Of a DNA stretch of 63,053 nt, positions 61,955 through 63,053 are shown piece by piece. The notes below the pieces were generated by a model. The model was given only the letters and a program-made list of their open reading frames with translations, was not told the origin of the DNA and ran no database searches. Position 1 is the stretch's first letter. Each line of letters opens with the position of its first letter. Both the position numbers and the translations under genes were made by a program. This stretch comes from Bacilli bacterium (GTDB lineage Bacteria; Bacillota_I; Bacilli_A; ML615J-28; CAG-698). The stretch lies in the NCBI GenBank assembly GCA_045598145.1, contig JAZLLM010000031.1, positions 1 to 63,053 of the forward strand, read 5' to 3'.

Positions 61955-62503
61955 ATGGGAACTATTAATATGGTTTTATTTGAACCTGAAATTCCACAAA
62001 ATACAGGTAATATAATGAGGACATGTGTTGCAAGTAACACAATTCTTCACTTAATTAGACCTTTAGGATTTCAATTAGATGATTATCATATGAAAAGAAG
62101 TGGTGTTAATTATTTACCATTTTTGAAGATGAATGTATATGATGACTGGAATGATTTTTTAAATAAACAAATTAATAATAATCCAAATGCAGAAATGTAT
62201 TTTTTAACAAGATATGGTGAACACCATATTTATGAGGTTGATACAAAAGACACAAACAAAGATTATTATTTAGTACTTGGTAAAGAATCAACAGGTATCC
62301 CTAAAGAATTATTACAAGAACATTTAGACAGATGTATTAGACTTCCTATGACTGATAAAGTAAGAGCCCTAAATGTTAGTAATGTTGCTGCGATAATGAT
62401 TTATGAGGTTGCTCGTCAACAAGGATTTCCAGGAATGTTTGAATATGAGCCTGATCAAGATGATAATGGTCATAAAGGAAGAGATTTTTTAACAAGAAAA
62501 TAA
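61955..62503 (+). CDS. trmL: tRNA (cytidine/uridine-34 2'-O)-methyltransferase (SPOUT)
   Basis: VLFEPEIPQNTGNIMRTC, GKESTGIP, RALNVSNVAA. Start at ATG 61955 after GGGGTG. Confidence 0.93.
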   Translation: MGTINMVLFEPEIPQNTGNIMRTCVASNTILHLIRPLGFQLDDYHMKRSGVNYLPFLKMNVYDDWNDFLNKQINNNPNAEMYFLTRYGEHHIYEVDTKDTNKDYYLVLGKESTGIPKELLQEHLDRCIRLPMTDKVRALNVSNVAAIMIYEVARQQGFPGMFEYEPDQDDNGHKGRDFLTRK

Positions 62504-62510
62504 AATAGGT

Positions 62511-62587
62511 GTCCTAGTAGCTCAGCTGGATAGAGCGATTGCCTCCTAAGCAATAGGTCGTAGGTTCAATTCCTATCTAGGACGCCA
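62511..62587 (+). tRNA. tRNA-Arg (anticodon CCT)
   Basis: GTCCTAG acceptor stem pairing CTAGGAC, D-arm AGCTCAGCTGGATAGAGC, anticodon stem ATTGC/GCAAT with loop CTCCTAA, TTCAAT T-loop, encoded CCA. Confidence 0.96.
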
Positions 62588-62640
62588 TATGATTATGTCT
62601 ATTCACCTTTTGATTAAATAGGGTAAATAGTAGAAAATAT

Positions 62641-62680
62641 ACCATTTTTAGTAGATTTATGCTAAAAGTGGTCTTTTTTT
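62641..62680 (+). terminator. terminator after tRNA-Arg
   Basis: ACCATTTTTAG...CTAAAAGTGGT followed by a T run. Confidence 0.65.
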
Positions 62681-62700
62681 ATTGCCCTAAAAAGGGGACC

Positions 62701-63053
62701 TATGAAGTAATACTAGGAACAGTTTTAAGTGATACTTGGCATTTGTTTACATTTAATTTTAATAATACAAACATTAAAATAAGCATAGATGAACAAGTTT
62801 ATAATGAGAATTTGATTAATTCTCTAGATTTAAGTAATAAAATCACTTATATTGGATGTAATTATGGTTTTAGTGCTCCAGGTGGAGAACTTAATGGAAG
62901 TATTGAAATGTTAACATATGATAATCATTATAGAGAAAATATTCATAATACAATATTAAGTGCTGGATCTATTACGCACATAACTTATTATGATGAATTA
63001 AATAGAATTAATAAAAAAGAAATAATAACTAGAAGTAATAGATTAACACATAA
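62701..63053 (+). pseudogene. apparently headless fragment of a LamG-like/YD-repeat (Rhs-type) protein, running off the window
   Basis: Open frame reads YEVILGTVLSDTWHLFTFNF...TYIGCNY...ELNGSIEML...TYYDELNRINKK. The only upstream ATG (62659) lies inside the terminator and has no RBS. Confidence 0.45.

Overview
Low-GC chromosomal window using the standard genetic code (RF2 present, Trp read from TGG). Gene content and lipoprotein types suggest an anaerobic Acholeplasmatales/Anaeroplasma-like Bacillota or Mollicutes organism; this assignment is inference. The window opens in the left end of an IS3-family element. It then runs through mostly housekeeping genes: prfB, recX, ftsK, lepB, rbgA, rnhB, topA, ftsY-ylxM-ffh, ruvAB-queA-tgt, rnjB, T-box-alaS, tmcAL, psuG, murI, glpK, xth, a sirtuin, patB-ttcA-tcdA, trmL and tRNA-Arg(CCT). 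Two accessory surface-protein loci stand out. (1) A ~12.8 kb operon (27044-39878) joins an RDD protein and a CUT1-type ABC importer to a staphylococcal-nuclease lipoprotein and a 1819-aa OB-fold/beta-helix lipoprotein, a candidate extracellular nucleic-acid harvesting system. (2) Three tandem lipoprotein genes (56582-61746) each carry 14-15 Gly-X-Y triplets right after the lipid anchor and share shuffled, nested domains with the giant lipoprotein, a candidate heterotrimeric collagen surface complex. Other oddities are a glutamate racemase beside a catalytically dead paralogue, a frameshift-free prfB, and a headless LamG/YD-repeat fragment after the tRNA. All calls come from motif recognition by eye; no database search was run.
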